This document shows positions 40,386 through 55,145 of a DNA stretch of 64,000 nucleotides, piece after piece. How positions within the stretch are numbered: position 1 is the stretch's first letter; each line of letters opens with the position of its first letter. The notes under the pieces were generated by a model. It had not been told where the DNA came from, did not search any database, and saw nothing but the letters and a program-made list of their open reading frames with translations. Both the position numbers and the translations under genes were made by a program. Origin of the DNA: Octopus vulgaris (Eukaryota); NCBI GenBank assembly GCA_951406725.2, contig OX597838.1:29512001-29576000 (forward strand). Direction: 5' to 3'.

Positions 40386-41164
40386 CATACATACAGACAT
40401 ACATACAGACATACATACATACATGCATATATACATACATGCATACATGTGTGTGCGTCTTTATGCATCTGTTTGTGTGTGTGTATATATATAGATAGAT
40501 AGACAGATACAGGTGGGTGTGGTAGAATGATGTATGTATGTACATATGTTTATCTGTGTGTCTTTCTGTTTGTTCCACACCACTGCTCAGCAGCTGCTGT
40601 TGGTTTGTTTACGTCCCTGTTATCTAGCAGTCCAGCAAAAGGAGATCCCAATAGAATAAATACCAAGCTTAAAAATAAAAACAGTATTAGGTTTGACTAA
40701 ACCCTCCAATTAGGTGCCCCAGAATGGCCACAGCCTAATGACTGAAACAAGTAAAAAATACAAAACTGTAATTAATTTAATTTAATTAATATTATTTTAT
40801 GGTTATAAAGTGCACAATAACATGCTAATTAAATCAATTTAGGTAATCTCGTTTTTATGTTAATAAAACTTACCATAAACAGTAATTGAAGTTATTTTAA
40901 TTAACCTTAGTGTTTTATGTGTATAAAATATACTATGAAATGTTAATTAGTCCATTTTAATTAATTTTATAAACCACCAAATATAAACTGAATATAATTA
41001 CCATTTTTTATGGCATGAAAGACACACGGATCAAACAGACACACCCTGATTTCAGCAGTGCATGTTCAGAATAAAAGCTTATGGGAGATCCAGTTTTGCG
41101 GACAGAATTGAGAGAGATCTTTATTTTGAGAGATTTTTGTTGACAAAAGAGCATCTTATATGCC

Positions 41165-41495
41165 ATTGTGTGGTAAGAAGCTTGCTTCTCCATCCCAACC
41201 ACATTGTTCAAGGTTCAGTCCCACTGCATGGCACCTTGGGCATGTATTTTCTACTTTAGCCGGTAGGGCTGACCAAAGCCTTGTGAGTGGATAAGGTAAA
41301 CGGAAACTGAAAGAAACCCGTCATATTTATACATATATATATATATATATGTCTGTGTGTATATCTTTGTGCCTGTTTTTATTCTCCTATCACTGCTTGG
41401 CAACCGGTGTTGGTGTGTTTACAGCCCTGTAACTTAACGATTTGACCAAAGAGACCAATTGAATAGGTACAAGGCTTAAAAAATAAGTCCTGGGA
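41165..41495 (+). mobile_element. SINE family A, diverged
   Basis: Matches the family A consensus. Confidence 0.75.
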
Positions 41496-41533
41496 TTTAT
41501 GTGATTTATATGTTGGATGTTAAATGATGATGA

Positions 41534-41759
<226 letters not shown>

Positions 41760-41979
41760 CAAAGTCACTTGTTGACCCCAGCCAGTGTAGGTGCCACTTA
41801 ATAGCACCCAGTCCACACTGTAATGTGATTGGTGTTAGGAAGGGCATCCAGCCTGTAAAAACCATGCCAAAACATTCACAGAAGTTGTGGTGCAGGCTCC
41901 TGCCTGACCAGCTCCTGTCAAACTATCCAACCCATTGCCAGCATGGAAAATGGACGTTAAACAATGAGGATGATGATGA

Positions 41980-42030
<51 letters not shown>

Positions 42031-42100
42031 ATATATGCATGTGTATGTATAACTGGCTGTTACATATCTCATCCTCCTAGTTCTAGTGAGGTTATGTGAC

Positions 42101-42267
42101 CACTATGGTAGCTAGGGGGTGCGGTAGGGGCAGTCTGCCCCAGTCAGCACTTTTAAAGGGGCAGCATTTTTGGGCCTGCTGCAGGCAATATGTGCTTTTT
42201 GTAGGATCTGGGGTCAACTAAAACAGAAGGGCCACCCTGGGAGGCACACACTTTAGCTACACAAGTG
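42101..42267. mobile_element. Decayed hAT-like MITE
   Basis: Imperfect TIRs cactatggtagcta / tagctacacaagtg with GC-rich subterminal motifs. Confidence 0.4.
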
Positions 42268-44128
42268 TATGCGCCTTCAGCCATTTTGGTCTGACAAGTC
42301 ACCTATACTGCTAAGTGTTTCATAGATGCAAGACCAATGGTCAGTTTATGACCGGCCATAAGGGCACTGAAATTGTTTCTAAGGCCAGCTGGAGACGTCG
42401 ATCTCCTGGGGCTAAAAGCGTCAGTAACACCCACCCCCTGTGGCTAGCCACATTCAGATGGCTAGTACACTTTATGTTGTCGAGCGGTTACTGTTTACAT
42501 CTCGTTCGGAGATTTATTAATGCCATAACTTTTAGTTTCCTTAAAAATATTCATTGCTGCTCTGTTTAAAAGTGTGTTTTCGGATATATGAATTACTGAT
42601 GATATATAAGCACCAGGTATTAAGAAAAGGGAGCTGGGGTCAGTTCATTTGCCTAAAAGTTCTTGATGCTGGTGCCCCAGCATGGCCACAGTCTAATGAC
42701 TAAAACAACTAAGAAATAAAAGGTGAAACTAATCTCCATGGTCAGCCTCCTACAAACCCATTTGCAAAAAGTTGTGTGTGTGTGTGTGTGTGTGCATGCA
42801 TGTGTGTGTGTATGTGTGTCTGTGTGTGCATGTATGTGTATAGGTGTGTATGTGTGAGTGCGTGTGTGTGTGCATGTGTGTGTGTGTATATGTGTGTATA
42901 TGTGTGAATGTGTGTGTATGTGTGTATGTGTACGTGGGTGTGTATATGTGAGTGGATGTGTGTGTATATATGTGTGTGCGTGTTTGTGTATATGTGTGTG
43001 GATGTGTGTATATATGTCTGTATGTGTGCGTGTGTGTGTACGTATGCGTGTATGTGTGTGTGTGCATGCATGCGTATGTGCATGTGTGTGCGTATGTATA
43101 TGTGTGTATGTGCGTGTGTATGTGTGTGTGTGTGTGTGTGTGTGCATATGTGTGTATGTATGCATGTATGAGTGTGTGTGCGCATGTGTGTGCATGTACA
43201 TGTGTTTGTGGGTATATGTGTGTGTGCATGTGCATATGTGTGCGTGTATGTGTATGTGCGTGTATGTATATATGATGTATGCATGTGTATGTATATGTGT
43301 GCATGTGTGTGTTTGTGCATGCATGTATGTGTGTGTATGTGTGTGCATGTATGACAAAGAGAGAAGACGCTTGCCTGCAGTGAGGGTGTATATGTGTGTG
43401 TGTATACATGTGTGAGAGTGTGTATGTGTATGATGTGTGTTGTTCGACCCGCTATTAACTGTGATTGCGTGAATCTATGATGAAAGCCAATTCCAGCTGA
43501 GAGCACCGTGTCATTTTTAAAGATATTAGATTGTGGTTCAATGGAGATTTGGCTGCTATTTCTAACAGACCAGGCGATGGCACACACTCCAGCATTCACC
43601 CTTTCTCTTTGTCTCATATGCATACACTTTGTCTCATATGCATGTCTCTCTGTCTGTGTGTCTGTCTCCTCATTGTTCAACCCCCAGTTCAGCCCTGATC
43701 AAACAGACCACACAACTAATTAAAGTCATTCCCCATTCCAGCTGTGACCATCCTGTCGTTTTACCTAAATGCAAAAGGATCTGTTAATCCACTGACCACA
43801 TCATCTGACTTGTGACTTCCCTGGCCCCTTTTTTCTTCTTTATTTTTCCCCATTTGCAAGAGATCTTATGGATATTTCTAGCAGACAAAGAGGCCACTTG
43901 GAGCCCCTTCACCACCACCACCACCACCACCACTATCTCCTTGGCCCCTGTGTGTGTATCAGTCTCTGTGTGTGTCGGGTGCACCATCCTAACTATGTGA
44001 ACAATCAGTACAGTGTTAAGGCGGTATTTTAAAAGTTGGAGATAATACAGTTAGCAGCTGTTTCAAGCTTGATAGGATCTTCGCTGAAATCATTCTCACT
44101 TGGTGTGTGCATATACATACATACATAC

Positions 44129-44191
<63 letters not shown>

Positions 44192-44769
44192 ATATATATA
44201 TATATGTGTATATATACATATATATATATAATATATATATTTTTATATATATATATATATGTATATATATATACATATATATAAATATATATATGTATAT
44301 ATATAAAAAATTTATAAATATAAATATACATATGTATATGTATAAATATATATTTATACATATATGTATGTGCACATATATTCATATATGTGTTTATATA
44401 TGCATATGCATAGATATATATATATATAATTCATTATTCAAAACTTTCAACTTTTGATTAATGTTTCTATAATTTTTTCCATTTTATTTTATTTTTTATT
44501 TCATTTATTTATTTTAAATTTTATTTTTCATATTTTATTATTTTCTAATTTTTAATCCTTTTTTTTTTTATCGCTATTTATTTATTTTTTTTTTCTAAGC
44601 TTTATTTTGCTTAATATGTATTTTATTTTACATTGATTTTATATATTTTTTTATTCATAAATACATTATTTATTTTATTTGTTTGTTTGTTTGTTTTCCT
44701 TTTCACGAAATCCCTGTGGGGAATGTTTTCTTTTGCAGCCAACACCCTTGTGGTACAGAATGAAAGCCA

Positions 44770-45372
44770 CTACCTCCGGCACCACCTTCACCATTAACAC
44801 CACCACCCCCTACCACCACTACTATTGCCACAACTGCTACAATCACCAACATCATCATCATCATCATCAACCCCACCACTATTATTACTGCAACCATCGC
44901 CACCACTACCACCACCATCATCATCACCACCATCACCAATACCGCCGCCGCCACCACCACCACCACCACCACCGCTCATCATCACCACTACCACCACCAT
45001 CAATATTGCCACCACCACCATCAATAGCGCTACCACCACCACCACCACCATTGCCACTGCCATCACTAATACCGCCCCATCCACCACCACCACCATCATC
45101 ATCACCATCATCACCACCACCAATACCACCACCACCACCATCACCACCACAATTGTCATCACCATCATCACCCCCACTGCCACCACCAGCACCACCACTG
45201 CCTCTGCCACCACCATCTCCAATCCTAACCACTACCATTGCCACCATCACCACCACCACTACCACCACCCCTATCAACACTACCATGAACAACATCATCA
45301 TCGTCATCTTCGCTATCACCACCACTACCACCACCACCATCATCATTACCATCATCACCAACGCCCCCCCCC
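44770..45372. repeat. Imperfect (CAC/CAT)n tract
   Basis: Directly visible; source of the poly-H/P/T ORFs. Confidence 0.9.
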
Positions 45373-46019
45373 CCCTACTGGTGCTATCCCCTCTTCGCTG
45401 CTTCTCGTTATGGCTTCAACCCCAGTTATTCCTCAGGGGTAGACTTCATGGCTAATTAAAGACATAGTTTACGCTTAGGTAACAACTATAGGCTCTGGCA
45501 CCTTTAATTCTCAATAAATGTGTGTGTGTGTGTGTGTGTGTGTGTGAGACTGTTCGTCTGTGTGTGCGTGTGTGTGTGTGAGACTTCGTCTGTGTGTATG
45601 CATGTATGCATGTGCATGCATGCATTTATATATGTGCGTCTGTGTGTGTGTGTGTGTGTAGTAGCAATAATATCAAGGGAAAGTACCTGCAGGCTCATTT
45701 ATATAAGGATGTATGAGTGCGTGTGTGTATATGTGCATATATATATATGTATGTGTGTGTGTATGTGTATATATATATATACATCATCATCATCATCATC
45801 ATCACCCTTTAACATCCGTTTCCATGCTAGATATACATTCTTTTATTTTCTTACTTGCTTCAGTCATTTGGCTGTGGCCATGCTGGAGCACTGCCTTAAG
45901 AAAAAATATGGAGTACTTCATGAATTTACGTGACATCCTTGTGCAGGGGCCATGCTAAATCTTGTCTGTATCATCTTAATTTTAGTATGTGTATCGCCAA
46001 AGCAATATATATAATGTAT

Positions 46020-46208
46020 ATAAAGTTAATCCAAACATGAAAATACAAAGAGAAAACATAACAACGTGAGAACGTGGAACAAATATAGTATTATTGGACG
46101 CTCAGGAAAGAAGGAGGGTTTAACGTTTCGAGCGGAGCTCTTCGTCAGAAACATAGAAAAAGGAAAGATCGAAGGAGGGGAAGATGGATGAAAAAAATCG
46201 CCAACGAT

Positions 46209-46210
<2 letters not shown>
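46020..46210 (-). mobile_element. Penelope-like terminal fragment, second copy
   Basis: Reverse complement of 15635-15848; core reads ctgacgaagagctccgctcgaaacgtt. Confidence 0.6.
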
Positions 46211-46240
<30 letters not shown>

Positions 46241-47734
46241 GTGTGTGTGTGTGTATATATATATATACATACATACATACATACATACATACATCAGCAC
46301 TGCTACCACCACCGTCACCATCATCACCACCACAATCACCATCACCACCACCACAATTGCCACTACTACCACCACTGCCATTACCAGACAGACAGACAGA
46401 TATGATGGCTGAAACTCAGTTTTAAGCAATGTCCTCATTCGTTTGTTCCCTTGTCCTTAGCATCAAAGTACCTTTTCGGTCCTGCTAAGGAACCTTCACT
46501 CCTTTGCACAGACGTAGCAATGATGGGACGCCTCTTGCAGCAGGAATTCTAAAAGATTCTCGGCCACACTGACATAGATGCCTTCATTCCATCATGGGAT
46601 TTTCCATTGGGTGTTTTGCCATTTTGGGCAACAGCATCTCACAGAATGCAACACATAATAGAGACGGTAAATCTCAAGCAATGCCTGGAGTTGAACCATT
46701 TTAAAGTGGGCAAAAGGTCTTGCATGGCAACCCCACTCTCTCTCTCTAAGCAATATATGTATTTTCCCCAAAAAGAATTAACTTATATCAGTAGAAAGGA
46801 TTATTATTATTATTGAGTGAGAGAGCAGTGCATGCCATCAAAGTGACACTGGGGTAAAATATACGAAGCCCAGTATACCCATCATGACTACCCATCTGAT
46901 AAGGGTACACTAGGCACATACATCACAACCATATGTGCGCGACATGGTAATCTCATATCAAGATAAACAGCACATGACCTTGCAGGTGGGGCCCAGTTAG
47001 AATTTTCTTCTGGTCGAGTAGCCCGTCCTGCTCAAAAGGTTCCTGAATAAGGGTTGTTTAATGATGATGAGTGAAAGACCCATGTTTCCAAAGATGAATT
47101 ATCCAAACCCCAAAGGATTCCTCTCAACACATGGCCATGATGTTCCCCCACTACTTCTGCTCATGATCAGAGATGCATATATCATCAGCCACTAAGGGAC
47201 ATGCTCAACTGGTTAAGGTCATACAACTGACAAGCAAATCTGTGGTATTGAGCAGAATATTTGCTGTAGCCCATCTTTTATGCCAAGATAAAACAATGTA
47301 CATGATAACACTTCCAATCAGTTAAGATCAGAAGCCATGAAAGCCACTGCCTGGTACTGTGTCAGAGCATTTATCATCATCATCATCATCATCATTATTC
47401 ATCATTCATCATCATTATCATCATCATCATCATCATCATCATCATTATATATTAAATTCAAATTATGATGAACGTAAACAAATTATTATTATTATTATTC
47501 AGGCAGTGAGCTGGCAGAATTGTTAGCACATCAGGCAAAATACCTTGCAGTATTTCGTTCATCTTTACGTTCTGAGTTCAAATTCCACTGAGGTCAACTT
47601 TGCCTTTCATCCTTTCGGGGTGGGGTTGGGTTGATAAAATGCATACCTGTTGCAAACTCAAGCTGATATCATTAGCTAGACTCTTCCCCTAAAATTGTAA
47701 GCCTCACGCTTTTGGGAGAAAGGATTCAAAGAAG

Positions 47735-48030
47735 ATCTGCTAGCTGATCTCTTCCAGAGAATTTTCAGCCCGGGACCGATGGATAACTTCCAAAAATCTC
47801 TGGCCTGGCAGTGCTACCAGAGAGATTTACCTGTTCATGATAAACTATACACGCCTGGAAGTGACATGAGCCAAGCATGTCCAAGATGTGTGCACGGTGA
47901 CAAACCCATTCTGCATGTACTCGTCCAGTGCCCGAGCATTGCTGACCTGTGGGTTTATGTCGAACACCAGCTGTTGCTGGGGTGAATGTAACTGATTCAT
48001 CCTCTCCTCCAGAATGGCTTCACTTGTGGC
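47735..48030 (+). mobile_element. L1/Tx1-like LINE ORF2 C-terminal zinc-binding (zf-RVT) fragment
   Basis: LAWQCYQRDLPVHDKL..CPRCVHGDKPILHVLVQCPSIADLW (C-x2-C-x8-H-x4-C). Confidence 0.8.
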
Positions 48031-48032
48031 AA

Positions 48033-48098
<66 letters not shown>

Positions 48099-48257
48099 GT
48101 AAATTCATAGTAATAGATGACATAGCAAGATGAGCTTAGAGTGATATGTGTGAGTGTGTGAGTGTATGAGTGTGTGTGTGTGAGTATGTGTGTGATTATG
48201 AGAATGTATGGACATTGATGTATTTGGCAGCGGATGCATACACATCCAAATATACAC

Positions 48258-48311
<54 letters not shown>

Positions 48312-48319
48312 TGAGAGAA

Positions 48320-48353
<34 letters not shown>

Positions 48354-48371
48354 GCAGACAGATGGACAGAC

Positions 48372-48828
<457 letters not shown>

Positions 48829-49170
48829 TAGATAGATAGATAGACAGATATAGAACAGATATAGATATACATGTGCATACATTTCTATAGGCACACATAC
48901 ACACTCACACACACTCACACACACAATTATATATATATACACACATACATGCATATACATTCACACAAACACACACACATACTTGCACATACACACACAT
49001 ACACACACGTGCACAAAACCCCACACAAAGCGATTACTTACCATTTTCAATTCCTACGAAAATCCAAGTGGTGCACAAGAGGAACAGCAACAACAAATTG
49101 AAATGTATGTCTCCAGCCAGTTGGAACTTCTCTGAACTGAATGACAATGAATTTAAAAGGGAAAAAGAGC

Positions 49171-49216
<46 letters not shown>

Positions 49217-49234
49217 CACATGCACACACACATC

Positions 49235-50100
49235 GTTGTAGTGGTGATGGTGGTGGTAAAGGTTTGGAGGGGAGTGTCAAGTAGTGAACAGAGGAGTGTT
49301 AGAGAAGGTCATTGTGTTGGTGATGGCAGCGGTGGTGGTGGTGGTGGTGGTGGTAGTGGTGGTGGTGGTCGTGAATGTGGTGGTGGTGGTGGTGGTGTAG
49401 TGGTAGTGGTGGTGGTAGTGGTGGCAGCCATGGTGGTGGTGCAGTGGTGATGGTGGCGGTGGTGGTGGTGATGGTGGTGGTGACAATGACAATGATGATG
49501 AGGAGGAGGAGGAGAAGGAAGTGAAGGAGGAGGAGGAAGAGGAATAGTAAGAAAACAGCTGTGGCAACAGTGGTAGTGGTGGTGGTGGTGGTAGTTGTTG
49601 TGGTGGTGGTAGTTGTAGTGGTGGTGGTGGTGGTCATCGTTGTCGTCATCGCTGTTGTCTTGACAGTTACAATGTGTCTGTCGTATGTCACAGGAAATAA
49701 AAAGACAGGATGGTCATGGCTGGGATGCCTTTGGTCCTAGTTTAACTAAATCAGGCTTGACTTGGAGCCATACAACCACCACCAAAACAACATTTGTCAT
49801 TGTCACCACTCCACCCTCATCATCACCACCATCACTACCATCACAACCACCAACACCAACACCACCACCACCACCATTACAACCACTACCACTACTGCCA
49901 TCACAACTACCACAACCACCACAACTGCCACTGGCACCACCATCACCATTACCACCACCATCACCATTACCACCACCATCACCATGACCACCTCCACCAT
50001 CACAACTAACACAACCACCACCACCATCGCAGCCATTACCACAACCATTACCACCACCACAACCCTCCACAACCCTCACCACCACCACCATTACAACAAT
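49235..50100. repeat. (GGT)n tract followed by (CAC)n tract
   Basis: Complementary trinucleotide tracts at about 49235-49640 and 49770-50100. Confidence 0.85.
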
Positions 50101-50452
50101 GGTCCCTGTCAGAGTAGCTTTGATGATAACACTGATGGATCACAACCGACCTGGGGTTAAACGGCAACAACAACAACAACAATAAAAGACAGCTGTTATT
50201 TCGATCCTGCTTTAAATTCTAAATACTGACGTATCCTATGACAGGATGGTCACGACTTGAACATTTTTGATCATAGATCTGCCGGTTAAACCATTGACTT
50301 CGGGCCAAACGACACCAGTAAAGCTTGCTATAATTCCGACCCTGAACTAAATACCAAATTTTGGTGTGTCCAAAGTTTCTTAATGAAACAACATCCGTTT
50401 AATAAGAGAATGCACTTGACCTCTTCTCGTTATTCAATGGAAATCGTTGTCT

Positions 50453-50488
<36 letters not shown>

Positions 50489-50599
50489 ATTGCTATTGTT
50501 TTTATCTATGATGGCTTTATTATTATAATTATTGTTGTTGTTGTAACTACAGCAGTTGCTGTTGTTGATGATGACGATGATGATGGTGTTGTTACCACT

Positions 50600-50831
50600 T
50601 TGAAAGCAGCAAACTGGCAGAGTCGTTAACGTGTTGGTCCAAATGCTTTAGCAGCATATTGTCTGTCTTTATGTTCTGAGTTCAAATTCCGCCGAGGTCA
50701 ACTTTGCCTTTCATCCTTTCAGGGTCAATAAATTAAATACCAGTTGAACACTGGGTAGGGTGGGGTGGGGTCAATATAATTGACTAGTCTCTTCCCCCAA
50801 AATTCCAGGCCTTGTGCCTTTAGTAGAAGAG

Positions 50832-50889
<58 letters not shown>

Positions 50890-51085
50890 GGGCAGTAAGC
50901 TGGCAGAATCATTAGCACACTGGACAAAATGTTATCAGCCCTTATGTTCTGAGTTCAAATGCTGCCAAGGCCAACTTCGCCGTTTATCCTTTAGGGGGTT
51001 GACAGAATAAGTACCAGTTAAACACCAGGGTCCATATAGCTGACTTACTCACTTCCACTAAAATTTTGTGCCAAAATCTGAATTC
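50600..51085 (+). mobile_element. Two diverged family-B-like SINEs separated by (TTA)n
   Basis: ctggcaga..gttctgagttcaaat..ctttcatcctt core occurs twice. Confidence 0.75.
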
Positions 51086-51476
51086 ACTACAACCGTTTCT
51101 GTTGTCGTTTACTGTTGTTTTTACTTTCACTGTTGTTGTTTTGTGTTGTTACTGTTGCTGTTGGATTCATTATGAAGCTTTTTAATATTGATTCACTTTC
51201 AAAAAAAAAAAAAAAAAATACAATGAGGATGACATCCAGGAAATATTTGGTTGATTCTAAGTTCTTAAACAACAATAACAACTATCTTCCCCTTATATTT
51301 CACAAAGAAATGAAATACAATACTACAAACCCGGATATTTTACAAGTGATGTCTTGAAGAAGTGTTTCCATCGATAACACTTGAAAATACAAAAAAAGTT
51401 GGCATCTCTTCTCATTTTCATTGACAGTTGGTCAGTGTACTCTGATAAATAATAATATTTGTCTTTTATTTGCATT

Positions 51477-54112
51477 GATCCAGTCAATAATGTGTGTTGA
51501 CCTAGCTAATAATGTGTGTTGACCTAGCTAATAATGTGTGCTGACCTAGCTAATAATGTTCGTCTTTCATCTGTGTTGACCTAGCTAATAATGTGTGTTG
51601 ACCTAGCTAATAATGTTTGTCTTTCATCTGTGTTCACCAAGCTAATAACATTGGTTGACCTAGCTAATAATGTGTGCTGACCTAGCTAATAATGTTTGTC
51701 TTTCATCTGTGTTCACCAAGCTAATAACATTGGTTGATCCAGTCAATAATGTGTGTTGACCTAGCTAATAATGTTTGTCATTCATCTGTGTTCACCAAGC
51801 TAATAACATTGGTTGATTCAGTCAATAATGTGTGCTGACCTAGCTAATAATGTTTGTCTTTAATCTGTGTTCATCAAGCTAATAACATTGGTTGATCCAG
51901 TCAATAATGTGTGCTGACCTAGCTAATAATGTTTGTCTTTCATCTGTGTTCACCAAGCTAATAACATTGGTTGATCCAGTCAATAATGTGTGCTGACCTA
52001 GCTAATAATGTTTGTCTTTCATCTGTGTTCACCAAGCTAATAACATTGGTTGATCCAGTCAATAATGTGTGTTGACCTAGCTAATAATGTTTGTCTTTCA
52101 TCTGTGTTCACCAAGCTAATAACATTGGTTGATCCAGTCAATAATGTGTGCTGACCTAGCTAATAATGTTTGTCATTCATCTGTGTTCACCAAGCTAATA
52201 ACATTGGTTGATCCAGTCAATAATGTGTGCTGACCTAGCTAATAATGTTTGTCTTTCATCTGTGTTCACCAAGCTAATAACATTGGTTGATCCAGTCAAT
52301 AATGTGTGCTGACCTAGCTAATAATGTTTGTCATTCATCTGTGTTCACCAAGCTAATAACATTGGTTGATCCAGTCAATAATGTGTGCTGACCTAGCTAA
52401 TAATGTTTGTCTTTCATCTGTGTTCACCAGGCTAATTACATTGGTTGATCCAGTCAATAATGTGTGCTGACCTAGCTAATAATGTTTGTCTTTCATCTGT
52501 GTTCACCAAGCTAATAACATTGGTTGATCCAGTCAATAATGTGTGCTGACCTAGCTAATAATGTTTGTCATTCATCTGTGTTCACCAAGCTAATAACATT
52601 GGTTGATCCAGTCAATAATGTGTGCTGACCTAGCTAATAATGTTTGTCATTCATCTGTGTTCACCAAGCTAATAACATTGGTTGATCCAGTCAATAATGT
52701 GTGCTGACCTAGCTAATAATGTTTGTCTTTCATCTGTGTTCACCAAGCTAATAACATTGGTTGACCTGAGTCAATAATGTGTGCTGACCTAGCTAATAAT
52801 GTTTGTCATTCATCTGTGTTCACCAAGCTAATAACATTGGTTGATCCAGTCAATAATGTGTGCTGACCTAGCTAATAATGTTTGTCTTTCATCTGTGTTC
52901 ACCAAGCTAATTACATTGGTTGATCCAGTCAATAATGTGTGCTGACCTAGCTAATAATGTTTGTCTTTCATCTGTGTTCACCAAGCTAATAACATTGGTT
53001 GATCCAGTCAATAATGTGTGCTGACCTAGCTAATAATGTTTGTCTTTCATCTGTGTTCACCAAGCTAATAACATTGGTTGATCATCAATAATGTGTGCTA
53101 GCTAATAATCTTCATCTGGCTATCTTGGTGATCCAGTCAATAATGTGTGCTGACCTAGCTAATAATGTTTGTCTTTCATCTGTGTTCACCAAGCTAATTG
53201 GTTGATAGTCAATAATGACCTAGTTAATGTTTGTCTTCATCTGTGTTCACCTAATACATTGGTGTCAATAATGTTGCAATATGTTGCTCTAATAATGTGT
53301 CTTTCATCTGTGTTCACCAAGCTAATAACATTGGTTGACCTAGCTAATAATGTGTGCTGACCTAGCTAATAATGTTTGTCTTTCATCTGTGTTCACCAAG
53401 CTAATAACATTGGTTGATCCAGTCAATAATGTGTGCTGACCTAGCTAATAATGTTTGTCTTTCATCTGTGTTCACCAAGCTAATAACATTGGTTGATCCA
53501 GTCAATAATGTGTGCTGACCTAGCTAATAATGTTTGTCTTTCATCTGTGTTCACCAAGCTAATTACATTGGTTGATCCCAGTTAATAATGTGTGCTGACC
53601 TAGCTAATAATGTTTGTCATTCATCTGTGTTCACCAAGCTAATAACATTGGTTGATCCAGTCAATAATGTGTGCTGACCTAGCTAATAATGTTTGTCTTT
53701 CATCTGTGTTCACCAAGCTAATTACATTGGTTGATCCAGTCAATAATGTGTGCTGACCTAGCTAATAATGTTTGTCTTTCATCTGTGTTCACCAAGCTAA
53801 TAACATTGGTTGATCCAGTCAATAATGTGTGCTGACCTAGCTAATAATGTTTGTCTTTCATCTGTGTTCACCAAGCTAATAACATTGGTTGACCTAGCTA
53901 ATAATGTGTGCTGACCTAGCTAATAATGTTTCTCTTTCATCTGTGTTCACCAAGCTAATAACATTGGTTGATCCAGTCAATAATGTGTGTTGACCTAGCT
54001 AATAATGTTTGTCTTTCATCTGTGTTCACCAAGCTAATAACATTGGTTGATTCAGTCAATAATGTGTGCTGACCTAGCTAATAATGTTTGTCATTCATCT
54101 GTGTTCACCAAG
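51477..54112. repeat. 79-bp minisatellite (~33 units) with 22+35+22 substructure
   Basis: Unit gatccagtcaataatgtgtgct|gacctagctaataatgtttgtctttcatctgtgtt|caccaagctaataacattggtt; period 79 checked at 51736 and 51815. Confidence 0.95.
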
Positions 54113-54320
54113 TGAATAAAGGAGTACTCTGTCGGTTACGACAATGAGGATCCCAGCTGATACGATCAACGGAACAGCCTGCTCATGAAATTAACGTGCA
54201 GTGGCTGAGCACTCCACAGACACATGTACCCCTAATGTAGTTCTCAGGGAGATTCAGCGTGACACAGAGTTTGACAAGGTCGGCTCTTTGAAATACAGGT
54301 ACAACTCATTTTGCCAGCTG
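54113..54320 (-). mobile_element. SINE family C 3' fragment inserted in the satellite
   Basis: Reverse complement of about 38620-38797; degenerate satellite resumes immediately afterwards (ataacattggttgatc). Confidence 0.8.
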
Positions 54321-54689
54321 ATAACATTGGTTGATCTAGCTAACAAAATGTATAGAGATACCTGATAATGTTTTTATTCTATCTACATTGATCTAGCTAA
54401 TAATGTATGTTGACCTAACTAATAATGTTTGTCTTTCACCTGTGTTCACCAAACAACATTTGTTACCCTAGCTAATAATGTCTGTATTTTGTTTGCATTG
54501 ATGTAACTAATAATGTATTGAATAAACTAATAGTGTTTATCTTTTACCTATGTTCACCAAGCTAATATTGTTCATTTTTCATTTGCATTGAACTAGCTAA
54601 TAATGTGTGCGTTGACCAAGCTGATAATGTTAAGTTTCATCTTCATCACCTAGTCAATAATATCAGTTAATCTAGCTAATAATACTCTT

Positions 54690-54933
54690 TTTTACTCTCT
54701 CTAATTACCTGTTTCAGTCACCCAACTGTGGCCATGCTGGAGCACCACCTTTTAGTTGAGCAAATCAACCCCAGGTCTTATTCTTTGTAAGCCTCGTACT
54801 TATTCTATTGGTCTCTTTTTGCCGAACCGCTAAGTTACGGGGACGTAAACACACCAGCATCAGTTGTCAAGTGATGCTGGGGGGACAAACACAGACAAAC
54901 TCACACACACACACACATATATAAATATATACA

Positions 54934-54971
<38 letters not shown>

Positions 54972-55145
54972 CATATATACAATGGGCTTCTTTTCAGTTT
55001 CCGTCTACGAAATCCACTCACAAGACTTTGGTCGGCCCGAGGCTATAGTAGAAGACACTTGCCCAAGGTGCCATGCAGTGGGACTGAACCCGGAACCATG
55101 TGGTTGGTAAGCAAACTACTTACCACACAGCCACTCCTGCGCCTA
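54690..55145 (-). mobile_element. SINE family A, full length
   Basis: Matches the family A consensus. Confidence 0.85.

Noticed and set aside
44679-45455. Poly-His/Pro/Thr, extensin- or mucin-like ORFs (also 49277-50160, 56049-56901, 58027-58548)
   Set aside because: Trinucleotide tracts open in most frames on both strands, with no domain or splice evidence.
51477-54112. CRISPR-like array
   Set aside because: Units are near-identical end to end, with no unique spacers and no cas genes; the context is eukaryotic.
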